IMG/VR virus record: IMGVR_UViG_3300048833_000443
Location: 1 to 57,628 of that record
Direction: 5' to 3' (one strand)
Source: a virus
Lineage: Duplodnaviria > Caudoviricetes
DNA length: 57,628 bases
Shown: one piece after another, positions 1 to 9,099 of the stretch
How positions within the stretch are numbered: position 1 is the stretch's first letter
How the letters are laid out: every line of letters begins with the position of its first letter
Position numbers and translations under genes: made by a program
The notes under the pieces: model-generated
Database searches by the model: none
What the model saw: the letters and a program-made list of their open reading frames with translations, nothing else
Told to the model about the DNA's origin: nothing

Positions 1-127
1 GTCGAGGAGGCCTCGAGCCCGGTGCTCGGCGAGGTTGTCGTTGGAGACGCAGATCTCGTAGCTGGTCCGCTCCTCGTCGGCGGGGTTCAGGGAGACGGTC
101 TCGAACACGCAGATGAAGTCACCGAGG
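1..127. repeat. Terminal direct repeat, copy 1 (identical to 57502-57628); probable assembly overlap of a circular contig
   Basis: The first 127 nt match the last 127 nt; 127 is a common assembler k-mer; an ORF reads through the junction. Confidence 0.95.
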
Positions 128-234
128 ATGGCGAAGCTGGAGTCTTCCTCGTTGGCGAGCACGGCGGCCAGCTGGGCGAGGGAGTCGGAGACGCGGGCGA
201 TGGCCTCGCGGCGCTCGGCGGAGGTGGTGTCCAT
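1..234 (-). CDS. 5' part of an ~88-aa hypothetical protein spanning the circular junction (234 to 1, continuing 57501 to 57469)
   Basis: Manual translation MDTTSAERREAIARVSDSLAQ...RARGLLDLGLDLVMEDL*; GC-rich third positions; its stop overlaps the next GTG start. Confidence 0.75.
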   Translation of the reverse strand, partial: MDTTSAERREAIARVSDSLAQLAAVLANEEDSSFAILGDFICVFETVSLNPADEERTSYEICVSNDNLAEHRARGLLD

Positions 235-388
235 GCGACGAGGGTAGCTCAGGGGGAGGTGATGAAGCGGTGCGGGAGGGAGGTTCTTTGCTATGAACGA
301 AGGTGCTGGAGTTTGGTTGGTATTTCGACACGGGCAACGCGGGAGGGGGCCAACGGCGAGAGTCCTGCCGCGCCGCCCGATCGGCCGC

Positions 389-456
389 ACACATCCGGGG
401 AGGCCCGGATGTGTACGCACACGTGTGTGTGTGCGTGTGTGTGCGTGTGCACACGC
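389..456. repeat. 11-bp-stem hairpin (389-414) overlapping a 48-nt alternating purine-pyrimidine tract (409-456)
   Basis: ACACATCCGGG-gagg-CCCGGATGTGT, then ATGTGTACGCACACGTGTGTGTGTGCGTGTGTGTGCGTGTGCACACGC. Confidence 0.85.
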
Positions 457-552
457 CCGCGAGCCGCCCGACTCGCGTGCCTCACCACGTCCTCTCACGT
501 GTGAGAGCACGCGCTTCACCACGGCTACCTCTGGCGCTCGACAGCGCCAGAG

Positions 553-978
553 CTACCCGGCGTCGGACTGGATCGCCGTCTCCTCGATGCCCGCTGCCTC
601 GAGGATCTCAGCGTCCAGCGAGCGCACCTCGTCGACGTCGTGCGAGACCTTCGTCTCCGCCTTCGACGGAACGAACCGGTTGAGCACCGTCTCCGCTGCG
701 CGGATCTTGTCCTGCGCCTTGGCGTTCGGATCGTCGAGGACAGAGCGGATCGCCGCGACCGCCTCGTCACCCAGGGACCGGAGCTTCTGCTTGAGCTCCG
801 TCTCCGCGTCCTCGAGGCGCTGGGCTGCCTTCACCGCCGCCGGCGATGGGTGACCACGGGACGCACCACCAGCTCCGTGCATCGCACAGACGAGCGCGCC
901 GTTCACCGCCCAGCGACGACAGCGTTCGCCCGAACGCTTCGACGTGGCGCGGCACTGGATCTTGAGGGGCTGAGGCAT
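553..978 (-). CDS. terS: Probable terminase small subunit with HGGxSTG-like Zn-binding N-terminus
   Basis: CRATSKRSGERCRRWAVNGALVCAMHGAGG motif, then a helical region ending KIRAAETVLNR; lies just upstream of TerL on the circle. Confidence 0.6.
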   Translation of the reverse strand: MPQPLKIQCRATSKRSGERCRRWAVNGALVCAMHGAGGASRGHPSPAAVKAAQRLEDAETELKQKLRSLGDEAVAAIRSVLDDPNAKAQDKIRAAETVLNRFVPSKAETKVSHDVDEVRSLDAEILEAAGIEETAIQSDAG

Positions 979-1049
979 GGGAGGCTCCTTCTTCACGGGA
1001 GTGGAGAGCAGGCTCCATCCCGGACTGGGGGAGGAGCTACCTCAGAACC

Positions 1050-1421
1050 CTAGCCTCCGCCGCCTTCCAAGGATCGTCCCTGGTCCAAGCCAAGCTCCGC
1101 CAGGCAGTCGGGACACGCCGACCGAGTGGCCTTCCCCATCAAACTCAGGCCTCGCTGCCCGCAAAGCCCGACCCTCCCGTGTCTCGGCCCGCGCTCCGTG
1201 GCGTCCACCAAGTGCGTCAGCCCGTGTGCGACGTTCGTGAGCCGCCCGAACCGGTACCACCTACCGTTGATGTGAAGGTCCCACCAGCTGTGCCGCAGCT
1301 CCGGCCGCCAGAACCAGCGCCAGCGACCACCGCCGCTCTCACTCACGACGTCGTGCAACGCTCGAACGTGATGCTCCTGCATAGTCTGCATCCTCCTCAG
1401 CGACCCGTGCAGCCGCATCAC
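1050..1421 (-). CDS. Hypothetical protein with C-terminal Cys/His cluster (start uncertain)
   Basis: ORF on the coding strand with H...LCG...CPDC pattern. Confidence 0.4.
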   Translation of the reverse strand: MMRLHGSLRRMQTMQEHHVRALHDVVSESGGGRWRWFWRPELRHSWWDLHINGRWYRFGRLTNVAHGLTHLVDATERGPRHGRVGLCGQRGLSLMGKATRSACPDCLAELGLDQGRSLEGGGG

Positions 1422-1460
1422 AGCGACACTACCAGGAGCAACACCGCTCTATTCACGCGC

Positions 1461-1557
1461 TGCACCGTCTTCATAGTGTTTCGGAAACTACCTCTATACG
1501 TACGTAGCCTTATAAGAGTTACCAACCGACTATGAAACCACTGCAGCCGGTGTAAAC
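1461..1557. other. Origin-like element copy A: AT-rich core flanked by degenerate inverted 9-bp repeats
   Basis: Intergenic and AT-rich, with TACGTACGTA core and TTCATAGT/ACTATGAA inverted repeat; aligns without gaps to 34728-34824. Confidence 0.55.
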
Positions 1558-1802
1558 AACGATGTTTCCCGTCGTCAACGCGCCGCCTCACCCTGCACAG
1601 TCCCGCACAGTCTGCACCCGCCTCTCATCCCCGAGGCAACCCTCGTCGACTCTCGCCCCCTTTCGTGCCGTACCAAGTTTCTCGTGCAGGTACTCTGCAT
1701 TTCGTACCCTTCCAAACGAGCAGATCTCCCACCAGACCGCCCTATTTCATCCCGTCTACCTCCCCGACGCCCTCCCCGGGTACCAACCTACCAACCGCCC
1801 GT

Positions 1803-2024
1803 CTACCCGCGAACGTACGCCCCGAGGTCCAGGTCGCACGCGACGGCCAGCCTCGCCGCGACGTCCAGTCCAGCCCGGCGCTCGCCAGCCCCGTCTCGGA
1901 GCCAGGGGTACAGGGCGTTGTGACTCAGGCCCGCCAGCCTCGCCAGCCCGCAGGCCGTGAGGTGCTGCCGTCGCATGAACGCCTGCACGTCGTGCTTGAA
2001 CGAGGCGTCATCCCAGCAGCACAT
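1803..2024 (-). CDS. XRE-family helix-turn-helix protein
   Basis: LTACGLARLAGLSHNALYPWL...LDVAARLAVAC is a typical HTH_3 pattern. Confidence 0.7.
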   Translation of the reverse strand: MCCWDDASFKHDVQAFMRRQHLTACGLARLAGLSHNALYPWLRDGAGERRAGLDVAARLAVACDLDLGAYVRG

Positions 2025-2592
2025 CACGTCTCCCCACCAGTCGTACCGCCTCTCCCTGCGCCAGCCGCTCCGCCAGTCCCTCGACCTCGATCCGCGCCAG
2101 GCGATCGACCAGCTCCACGACCCACCACGGCTCGCACGAGTCCCAGTACCAGACCCCCTCCCTGCCGTATGCGCCGTCACGGCCGCGCACCTCCGGCTCG
2201 AGGACCACCCTGCCGTCTCGCAGCGCGGCGAACGACGGGAGCCAGATCCAGCCCTCACCTCCACCCTCCACGTGCTTGCGGCAGGCGATCGCAGAGAGGG
2301 TCACGGCCAGCTCGCAGCCCTCGCCCAGGCGCTCCACGCCCGGCTCGACCTCCTCCCAGCCACCGGAGCGTCGTAGCCGGTCCGAGCCTTGACGCACCGG
2401 CAGCAGCTCGACCAGCAGCCCGCTCTCCAGCGGGACGTACCGCATGCGATCCCCGGGCGACGTCGCGTGCCCCAACGAGCGGGCCAGCTCCGAGGCCTCG
2501 TACGTCTCGCCGCCGGGTGGGCAGACCAGCGCCACCACGGGCAGCCGGCGATCCCGACCCTCCTCATCCACCAGCACGACGACGTCCCTCAC
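2008..2592 (-). CDS. Hypothetical protein
   Basis: 194-aa ORF with overlapping neighbours. Confidence 0.6.
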   Translation of the reverse strand: MRDVVVLVDEEGRDRRLPVVALVCPPGGETYEASELARSLGHATSPGDRMRYVPLESGLLVELLPVRQGSDRLRRSGGWEEVEPGVERLGEGCELAVTLSAIACRKHVEGGGEGWIWLPSFAALRDGRVVLEPEVRGRDGAYGREGVWYWDSCEPWWVVELVDRLARIEVEGLAERLAQGEAVRLVGRRDVLLG

Positions 2593-2804
2593 GATCGCAC
2601 CAGCCGAACGCGGTGGGTGAACACGACGTGCTCCGGCTCGTACTCGTCGTCCGGCGAGGTCGACGTGTAGCCGCGACGGAGCGTCGTTGAGACGACCTCA
2701 TACACGTCCTCCTGCGTGCCGTACCGCCAGCGAGGTTCGATCTCCTCGCCGGTGTTGGCGTCCACGAACCGGTGCTTGCCCGCCAACTCCACGCCGAAGG
2801 TCAC
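2589..2804 (-). CDS. Hypothetical protein
   Basis: GTGA overlaps at both ends. Confidence 0.6.
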   Translation of the reverse strand: MTFGVELAGKHRFVDANTGEEIEPRWRYGTQEDVYEVVSTTLRRGYTSTSPDDEYEPEHVVFTHRVRLVRS

Positions 2805-3214
2805 GACGGCTCGCACCCTTCGACCCGGCCCAGGTCGACCAGGCCGGTCACGTTGGGGTAGAGCGACATCGGACCCCAGCGCCAGCCGATCGCGGTGACC
2901 TCGTACCGGTGGCACGGCTTGATCCGGCCGTAGAGGTCGGACGTGTTCCACCGCAGCGCGATGATCGAGTCCGCGACCTGGTACGTGCCACGCTCCGTGT
3001 AGACGAGGTACCTGCAGCTGACCTTCCCGTCGCCGTTGGACGAGCACACCCGCTCCTTGCCGGCGACGACGGTGGTGTCCGTCTCCGGGCGGGCGTACGA
3101 GCCCCACAGGGCGACGATCGCCACGATGACGATCACCACCGCGATGAGCACGCTCAGGCCCCTCCCGATGTCGTCGGCGACCTTCCCGTCTCCGTCTCGG
3201 TCGATGATGTTCAT
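2801..3214 (-). CDS. Membrane-anchored or secreted protein
   Basis: RBS GAAGGAAG; hydrophobic run LSVLIAVVIVIVAIVALW followed by a Cys-containing beta domain. Confidence 0.75.
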   Translation of the reverse strand: MNIIDRDGDGKVADDIGRGLSVLIAVVIVIVAIVALWGSYARPETDTTVVAGKERVCSSNGDGKVSCRYLVYTERGTYQVADSIIALRWNTSDLYGRIKPCHRYEVTAIGWRWGPMSLYPNVTGLVDLGRVEGCEPS

Positions 3215-3348
3215 GCTTCCTTCTCCTTGTCGTTGTGCTGCTTCCGCAGCTCGTTGCGCACCCCTCTGAGTGCGACGTCGATCGGCCACAGCCGTAGCAG
3301 CGCTGCGATCGCGATGATCTCCCACCATCCCACGGACAGCCTCACTGC

Positions 3349-3738
3349 TCAACCCCTCCGCAGGTCCCGGGCGACCCGCCAGATGATCCCCGCCAGCAGG
3401 CCGTCCAGCTTGGCGACCGCGTCACGCAGGTGTCGCACGTCCTGGTCCCAGCCGGCCTCCAGCGACGGCACTCCCTCGTGGTCTAGCAGCACCTCCAGGT
3501 CGAAGGCCATCGCGGCAGCCAGCTGCCAGGTCGACCGCTCGATGTTCAAGACCAGCCGCGCAGCCTCCTGCCTGGCGTAGTGCTCCCCGTCCTCGAACAG
3601 GAGAGCGAGCACGCGATCCCGCAGCTCATCCTTGCCGAACAGCCGACGGCACAGCAGCTCGCGGACCGCGCCTTCCGCCCAGTCGTTCCGCTGATCGAAC
3701 GGGATCCCGTCCTTCACGAGGTCCTTCTCCGTCGCCAT
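3349..3738 (-). CDS. Hypothetical protein
   Basis: TGATG overlap with upstream gene; GC-rich third positions. Confidence 0.65.
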   Translation of the reverse strand: MATEKDLVKDGIPFDQRNDWAEGAVRELLCRRLFGKDELRDRVLALLFEDGEHYARQEAARLVLNIERSTWQLAAAMAFDLEVLLDHEGVPSLEAGWDQDVRHLRDAVAKLDGLLAGIIWRVARDLRRG

Positions 3739-4055
3739 CACAGGTCCCCCACGGTCTGGCAGCCGCTGACGAACGCCTCCGCCAGCGCCCACGCCTGCAC
3801 GTCGGAGCAGCCCGCCTCGACGGCGATGGCGTACGCGGTGGCGCGCATCGCGCCGTCCATCGAGTCGGGGAACATCCGGTGCGACCGCCGGCCGTTCACG
3901 ACCGGGACCAGCATCGAGCTTCCGTCCGGCGGCCAGGTCGCCTGGGCCAACTCGACCAGGGCGGAGCGAGCCTCGCCAGGTGCGGTGCTGTCCTCATCCC
4001 CGGTCGATCCCGGGTAGTCGACCCGGTCGTCTGGTGCATCCTGCGAGGGGGCCAT
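3738..4055 (-). CDS. Hypothetical protein
   Basis: 105-aa ORF coupled to neighbours. Confidence 0.6.
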   Translation of the reverse strand: MAPSQDAPDDRVDYPGSTGDEDSTAPGEARSALVELAQATWPPDGSSMLVPVVNGRRSHRMFPDSMDGAMRATAYAIAVEAGCSDVQAWALAEAFVSGCQTVGDL

Positions 4056-4225
4056 CAGCGCTGCCCTCCCTTCCCGCTACGAGCCGCCCGGCCCTTCGCC
4101 CGCCGGGCCTTGGCCGACCCCTGCAGGTTGAGGCCGGTCTGCTGCAGGAACCGCGCCTGCCTCCCGGCGTCGGAGAGGCGGGGCGACGAGACCTGCTTGG
4201 TCTTCTTCCCGTCGTTCTTGCTCAC
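4055..4225 (-). CDS. Small basic protein
   Basis: RBS GGAAGGAAG before GTG; Lys/Arg-rich, 56 aa. Confidence 0.55.
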   Translation of the reverse strand: MSKNDGKKTKQVSSPRLSDAGRQARFLQQTGLNLQGSAKARRAKGRAARSGKGGQR

Positions 4226-4274
4226 GTCTTCCTTCCTGGTTCGACCACGGCGGCCAGACCCTTCCACCACCGAA

Positions 4275-4303
4275 GGCCCGAGCCCCCCGAAGGGACCCGG
4301 GCC
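4275..4303 (-). terminator. GC-rich hairpin with TTCG-type loop, probable terminator
   Basis: GGCCCGGGTCCC-ttcgg-GGGGCTCGGGCC downstream of the 4335 stop. Confidence 0.6.
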
Positions 4304-4334
4304 GGCCGGTGAGGCAGCTGTGCGGGACGGTCGC

Positions 4335-4994
4335 TCAGCTCCAGTTGCCGGAGAAGTCGCTGTCGATGAACTTGGCCCGCGCCGCGTTGATGGCGTCCTC
4401 AGAGAGGTTGCTCGAGACGGAGGTCGATCGGCTGCCCACCGACTGGGCGTTCTGGACGAGGCGACGGGTGGTGACGAACGCCACCTTGTCGTAGGCGGCC
4501 AGCGGAGCCATCGGCTCGGAGTCGCCGTCGGGGAAGATCAGGAGCAGGACGTCGAGGCAGAGCTCCTTGAGCGCGTTGGCCTCGGCGAGCTCGATGCCGA
4601 GGTCGATCATGTCACGCGCCGTCCAGTGGCCCGGCTCGCTGGCCTTGGCGACCATCTGGGCGGTGATGGCGTCGGGCCGTGCGATCGCCTTGTCGATCGA
4701 GCGGCTCAGCGACCGCTCACGCCAGGCGACCTTCTCAGCCTCACGCTCTTCCTCGGTGGGGACCGACCGCTCGACCTGCAGCTCGGCGTCGCCCTTGATG
4801 ATGAACGAGCCGGTGTCTTCGAGCGTGACCACCACGTTGGTGGTCTTGCGCTCGATCCGCTCGACGGCGACCCGCCCGAGCGCCGGGTTGATCACCTTCT
4901 TGCCGGTGACCACCGTGTCGAAGTCGACCGTGACCAGCTTGTCGCCCTTGTTGAGCTCGGTGGCCTTGATGGTGTGGATCTCGATGACAGGCAT
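4335..4994 (-). CDS. Hypothetical protein (first gene after promoter P1)
   Basis: 219 aa, strongly biased codons, preceded by the conserved leader. Confidence 0.8.
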   Translation of the reverse strand: MPVIEIHTIKATELNKGDKLVTVDFDTVVTGKKVINPALGRVAVERIERKTTNVVVTLEDTGSFIIKGDAELQVERSVPTEEEREAEKVAWRERSLSRSIDKAIARPDAITAQMVAKASEPGHWTARDMIDLGIELAEANALKELCLDVLLLIFPDGDSEPMAPLAAYDKVAFVTTRRLVQNAQSVGSRSTSVSSNLSEDAINAARAKFIDSDFSGNWS

Positions 4995-5045
4995 TTGCTT
5001 CGTCCTTCCGTCCTGCCGGGCGAACCGTTCGCCTCGACAACGATA

Positions 5046-5074
5046 AGTCTAGCACACTCCCGTGAGGAATGCAA
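5046..5074 (-). promoter_or_regulatory. SigA-type promoter P1
   Basis: TTGCAT-17nt-TAGACT with TG extension. Confidence 0.75.
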
Positions 5075-5201
5075 CAAGTTCTTGAGAAATCTTTCGCGGG
5101 TCACTCCAGGCGGTCGAGCGTCTCCTGATCGAACGAGCCGTCGAGTTGCCCGCCGCGACGTCGCGTGACGCCTGCGCCGGCAACGAGCAGCCGCTCTGAT
5201 C

Positions 5202-5645
5202 TCACGTGCCCGGGAGTCGCCACGACGCCCCCTTGATCGCGACCTCGCCGCCGACCCCGACGCCTCGGAACGCCTCGTCTTCCATCTCCTCCCACCCGTC
5301 GACCCACGGGCCTGCGTGCTCGTGCTTGGCGATGAGGCGCCGCACCTGCTGCGGCTCGTAGCGGAACACCTGCTCGATGTCACCGAGCTCGTAGAACCTC
5401 GAGCGAGGCATCGACGCCTCACGGCCGTTCGAGTAGTCGAGGACCCACGGGATGCCGTGCATGTTCACCTCGACCCACGCGTGCCAGAACCTCTTGCCCT
5501 GCGACGGGCCGGGCCGCCGCATCCTGGGCAGCCCGTGCACGAGCTTGGGCCTCGCCTCCGGCGGCAGCCCTCCCGGGCCGATCACGCCGGCGAGCGCGAC
5601 GATGAAGCAGTCACCGCTCATCTCAGCTTCCGTCACATCACTCAC
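5202..5645 (-). CDS. Transglutaminase/papain-like fold protein
   Basis: GDCF...HAWVE...VLDYS, a Cys-His-Asp arrangement. Confidence 0.55.
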   Translation of the reverse strand: MSDVTEAEMSGDCFIVALAGVIGPGGLPPEARPKLVHGLPRMRRPGPSQGKRFWHAWVEVNMHGIPWVLDYSNGREASMPRSRFYELGDIEQVFRYEPQQVRRLIAKHEHAGPWVDGWEEMEDEAFRGVGVGGEVAIKGASWRLPGT

Positions 5646-5983
5646 GATCCGAACTCCTCACGGTGCTTGTCCCATGCTTCCTTGATCTTGCGTGCGGCTC
5701 GATCCTTGCGGTCCCACGCGGTGTCCTCACGGACCTTCCGTGCGGTGATCCGCTCGCCGGCGGTGGTGCCGCAGGTGTGCGTGTCCCGGTCGCCCTCACG
5801 CCACCACGTGCACGCCGCGCACTCGTTCATGCGGTCTTGAATCTCCACCGCCTCGACCAGCGCGGCGTGCCGACGAGCCAGCGTGCGGATCTTCCGCAGC
5901 GACGCCAGCTCCGCCTCCCGCTTCGCGATGTCCTCCTCCACGTACCCGAGGATGCGGAGCGCGTTGTCATCGGTGTAGCTCAT
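5642..5983 (-). CDS. Hypothetical protein with coiled coil and CxxC/HxC motif
   Basis: RBS AAGGAGG before ATG at 5983; MSYTDDNALRILG... Confidence 0.65.
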   Translation of the reverse strand: MSYTDDNALRILGYVEEDIAKREAELASLRKIRTLARRHAALVEAVEIQDRMNECAACTWWREGDRDTHTCGTTAGERITARKVREDTAWDRKDRAARKIKEAWDKHREEFGS

Positions 5984-6487
5984 CACACCGCCTCCTTCAC
6001 CGGCAGGCCCTTGAGGCAGGTGTGGAACTTGACATCCGCCATGAACTCTTCCTCGAGGAGATCCCAGCAGGCCTGCTCGTCGGTCGACCAGTCCAGCCCC
6101 GCGATCACCGACGTGGTCTCCGTAGACGTCGGCGACGACGCCGAGGCGGGACTTGGTGGTCACCGCCCAGTTGTCGCCCGTCTTGGGGCACTGCTTGCAG
6201 TCCGCCGAGTGAACCGTGAAGTAGTGATCGGCCCGGGGGGTCCGGCAGATCACCACGTCCGCCTGGGTCATCGGGGCCGGCTTGCCGGTCGAGCCGGTGC
6301 GGCCGTAGATCTCGGCGCCGCTCCGGGTTCCGGTGAGGTTCCCGTAGTTCCCGTCTTCGACCAGGTGGCAGCTCTGCTCCCGGAGCAGGAACCGCAGCTT
6401 CTCCTTGGAGTAGCTCACCGGCCCGGTGTAGCCGAACTCGTTGGGCTGGGCCAGGAGCTCCTTGCGCGACATCTCTTCGATCTTCAC
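5983..6487 (-). pseudogene. Hypothetical gene with an apparent +1 frameshift near 6106-6115
   Basis: The plausible coding frame switches after VYGDHV; the alternative frame ends in a TGATG overlap at 5983. Confidence 0.5.
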
Positions 6488-6672
6488 GACCGGACCTCCA
6501 GCACCTTGCGGAGCGCGTGCTCCATGACTTCTTCGTACCCGTGGCCGTCGAGGTCGTACACCTCGTTGCCGGTGGCGATCTCAGCGAGCATCATGGCCGC
6601 GTCACCGTCGTGCTCGATGTTCGTCGGAGCCGGCGTGTCGTCGATCGCTGCCTTCATCTCTTCGATGTTCAT
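6484..6672 (-). CDS. Hypothetical acidic protein (first gene after P2)
   Basis: Conserved leader then ATG; GTGA overlap downstream. Confidence 0.7.
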   Translation of the reverse strand: MNIEEMKAAIDDTPAPTNIEHDGDAAMMLAEIATGNEVYDLDGHGYEEVMEHALRKVLEVRS

Positions 6673-6716
6673 CTTCCGTCCTTCCGTCCTGCCAACCCGA
6701 CCGGCTGGCAAGAACA

Positions 6717-6745
6717 GTTCTAACTCACATCTGGCTCCAGGTCAA
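6717..6745 (-). promoter_or_regulatory. SigA-type promoter P2
   Basis: TTGACC-17nt-TAGAAC, with the shared upstream AAGAACTTG. Confidence 0.65.
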
Positions 6746-6807
6746 CAAGTTCTTGTGAAATCTTTCCAGCACGTCTCGAGCGTCTCTCCAACGAGCGAGC
6801 CGCTCAA

Positions 6808-7047
6808 CTACCCGCCGCCTGGCTGGTCTCCCGTCTCGAGGAGACCGAGGGCGCGCTCGCCGGCCTCGGCGAGCAGCAGCCCGAGCGCCCAGGCACGCGA
6901 GGTCCACCCGTTCCTGCGGAAGACCTCATCGAGCTGCGGGACGGCGTCACGCTGCCGATCCACCTCGGCCGTGGTGGCGACGATGATCTCCTCGAACCGA
7001 GCCAGCGTGTCCTCGTTGATGATGATGACCTCCGGGACGAGTCTCAT
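6808..7047 (-). CDS. Hypothetical protein
   Basis: 79-aa ORF, ATGA overlap. Confidence 0.6.
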   Translation of the reverse strand: MRLVPEVIIINEDTLARFEEIIVATTAEVDRQRDAVPQLDEVFRRNGWTSRAWALGLLLAEAGERALGLLETGDQPGGG

Positions 7048-7454
7048 CGCCGCTGCCTCGCATCCTCGAGGACGTAGCCCGCGTCGTTGAGCCGCTTGAT
7101 CATCTCCTCCGCGTTCAGCTCATCAGGCTGCCGCCCACGTTCGATGGTCCAGTCGGCGTGCTCATTGAGGAACTGCGTGATGACCTCCTCGACCGTGGCG
7201 CGTGCGGCACGACGACCACAGGCTCGGCAGACCTCCAGCCCAAGGAGTGCCGCTTCCCGCTCCGTGAGCTCCACCACCTCGATCTTGGGCGTCCACATGG
7301 TGACGTCTTGGCCGAGCTCCTCATCGAACCGAGTGACCGGTGGCTCGGCGTCCTGCGGCTTGGTGAGAGAGCCGCAGTCGGTGAACAGGTGGAACCGCTT
7401 GACCGTGATGGGTCCGTCGTTGGTGCGGTTCACGAGCATGGGCAGATCGTTCAC
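7044..7454 (-). CDS. Hypothetical protein with HxxxxC...CxxC metal-binding pattern
   Basis: FHLFTDC...VCRAC. Confidence 0.65.
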   Translation of the reverse strand: MNDLPMLVNRTNDGPITVKRFHLFTDCGSLTKPQDAEPPVTRFDEELGQDVTMWTPKIEVVELTEREAALLGLEVCRACGRRAARATVEEVITQFLNEHADWTIERGRQPDELNAEEMIKRLNDAGYVLEDARQRR

Positions 7455-7747
7455 GATGCACCTTCCTCACTGAGGTCCAGGGAGCGCACCAGCTCGATGT
7501 ACGTGCGTGCCGCTGTGTGCAACGAGCGCCACACGTCGGAGTCGACCAAGTCGTCTCCTCCGTACGCCTCCTGGGCGGTGAGGATGCCGGCGTCAACCGC
7601 CGTCTCCACGAACTCCCAGGTGACTTCGGCGGCGAGGCCGTCGATCGGCTCCGACTCGTCTCGGAGGTTGGTGATCGACTGCGGCGCGTTGGCTTGCACC
7701 ACGTCGTGGTGCGCCTTCATGGCGAGGATGACCTTGTCGATGTTCAT
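7451..7747 (-). CDS. Hypothetical protein
   Basis: RBS GAAGGA; MNIDKVILAMK... Confidence 0.65.
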   Translation of the reverse strand: MNIDKVILAMKAHHDVVQANAPQSITNLRDESEPIDGLAAEVTWEFVETAVDAGILTAQEAYGGDDLVDSDVWRSLHTAARTYIELVRSLDLSEEGAS

Positions 7748-7832
7748 CACTTCTTGTCCTTCCCGGGTCGGGTCTGCTTCTTGCCGCGATCGGCGCGGCG
7801 GAACTTGGGCGGCTGCTTGTCGAGGTACCGCA

Positions 7833-8156
7833 TCAGAGCCACTCTCCCGGCTCGCAGGTGGCAGCCTCCACCATGGCGTCGATGATGGCTTCGAGCCCGC
7901 TCTCCTCCGGAACGACTCGCGGGTCCTCATCGTTGATGCCGAACGAGTCGATGCCCACGTACAGCTCGACCGCCGGGTCGAAGCCGTCTCCCGTGCCCGG
8001 GCCGAGCACCGCGACCTGCTCCGCATCTCGGATGTCGCCGGTGAACAGCTTGGCGCTGGCGAAGATGGTCATGCACCCGCCGCCGGTGCGCCAGAGCTCG
8101 GCGGTGAGCCCGCGCTCCTCGAGCGCCTTGACGATGGTGTCTGCGGTGAAGTTCAT
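7833..8156 (-). CDS. Hypothetical protein (first gene after P3)
   Basis: Conserved leader; WRTGGGCM motif. Confidence 0.75.
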   Translation of the reverse strand: MNFTADTIVKALEERGLTAELWRTGGGCMTIFASAKLFTGDIRDAEQVAVLGPGTGDGFDPAVELYVGIDSFGINDEDPRVVPEESGLEAIIDAMVEAATCEPGEWL

Positions 8157-8201
8157 CTCTTCGTCCTTCCGTCCTGCCGAGCCGTAGTGCCCAGCGAGAT
8201 C

Positions 8202-8230
8202 ACCATAGCACATCGACACGGGCATTGCAA
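8202..8230 (-). promoter_or_regulatory. SigA-type promoter P3
   Basis: TTGCAA-17nt-TATGGT with TG extension. Confidence 0.75.
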
Positions 8231-8411
8231 CAAGTTCTTACGAATCTTTCAGATGCCCTGCTCTCGATCCTCGAGCCGGTACCTGCTGGCGAGCATCACG
8301 CGCCGCTCCGCACGTTGTCGATCGTGGATGCGTCGGACGAGCGCTAGCACGTACCCAGCGACGCGGTCCTTCTCCTTCTCCGACATCCGCGCCACACGTG
8401 CTCGCTCGATG

Positions 8412-8615
8412 TCACGGATGCGTGCTGTGCTCAAGAGGTGACACCTCCTCGGTGCTGCACTCCTCATGCCTGTGCTTCGGGTCGTACATGAAGCAGTCAC
8501 CGCCGGTGACGTGGATCGTGCCGTGGTGCTTGCACACCGCACGGTGACCCTCCGGCACCGGCACCCGACGCTTGGGCGGCTTGCCTGACCGACCACGGCC
8601 TCCTCGCTTACTCAC
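8412..8615 (-). CDS. Small Cys/His-rich basic protein
   Basis: GTGA overlap; CKHH...C...H..C. Confidence 0.5.
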   Translation of the reverse strand: MSKRGGRGRSGKPPKRRVPVPEGHRAVCKHHGTIHVTGGDCFMYDPKHRHEECSTEEVSPLEHSTHP

Positions 8616-8833
8616 GACACCGCCACCATTGTGAGGACGCCGATCACCACTCCAACGAGCAGCACGACGACGAACTGCAGCGGAGTCATCTGATGGCGAA
8701 CGATGACACGTGGCCCGCTCATGTTGATGATCGAAGAGAGGGACCGCACGACATCCTCGAGCGGCTGGGCGGTCGCGTTGGCGATCGTCACGCAGTACTC
8801 GAGGTCCTTCTTGTTGAGCTCGGTGGCTTCCAT
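8612..8833 (-). CDS. Small membrane protein
   Basis: C-terminal FVVVLLVGVVIGVLTMVAV. Confidence 0.6.
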   Translation of the reverse strand: MEATELNKKDLEYCVTIANATAQPLEDVVRSLSSIINMSGPRVIVRHQMTPLQFVVVLLVGVVIGVLTMVAVS

Positions 8834-9099
8834 CAGTCTTCTCCGATCCAGCGACCGCGTTCGTCACGCAGCCCCTCGTGCATCTCCTCACGCCACTGAT
8901 CCTCGTGAAGATCGAACGGCGTGACATCGTTCGATCGAGGCTCGATGCCCGGGCAGACGTAGATCCCCTCGGGCTCGTCGAACAGGATCCCGTGAGGCTC
9001 GTGCGGCACCTCGTTCACGTGATCATCGCACGGGTCTTCCTCGAGGCGCAGCGACGCGCACATCTCTTCGGTGAACACCTGCCCTGCATCGGCGCTCAT
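8833..9099 (-). CDS. Hypothetical acidic Cys/His protein
   Basis: 88-aa ORF, C...HEPH...CPG. Confidence 0.6.
   Translation of the reverse strand: MSADAGQVFTEEMCASLRLEEDPCDDHVNEVPHEPHGILFDEPEGIYVCPGIEPRSNDVTPFDLHEDQWREEMHEGLRDERGRWIGED

Noticed and set aside
1-127. 127-bp terminal repeat as a biological DTR or att site
   Set aside because: The length equals a common assembler k-mer and it falls inside a continuous ORF, so circular overlap is the simpler explanation
1803-2024. XRE protein as the immunity repressor of a temperate phage
   Set aside because: No integrase, ParAB or divergent switch is seen; all genes are co-oriented
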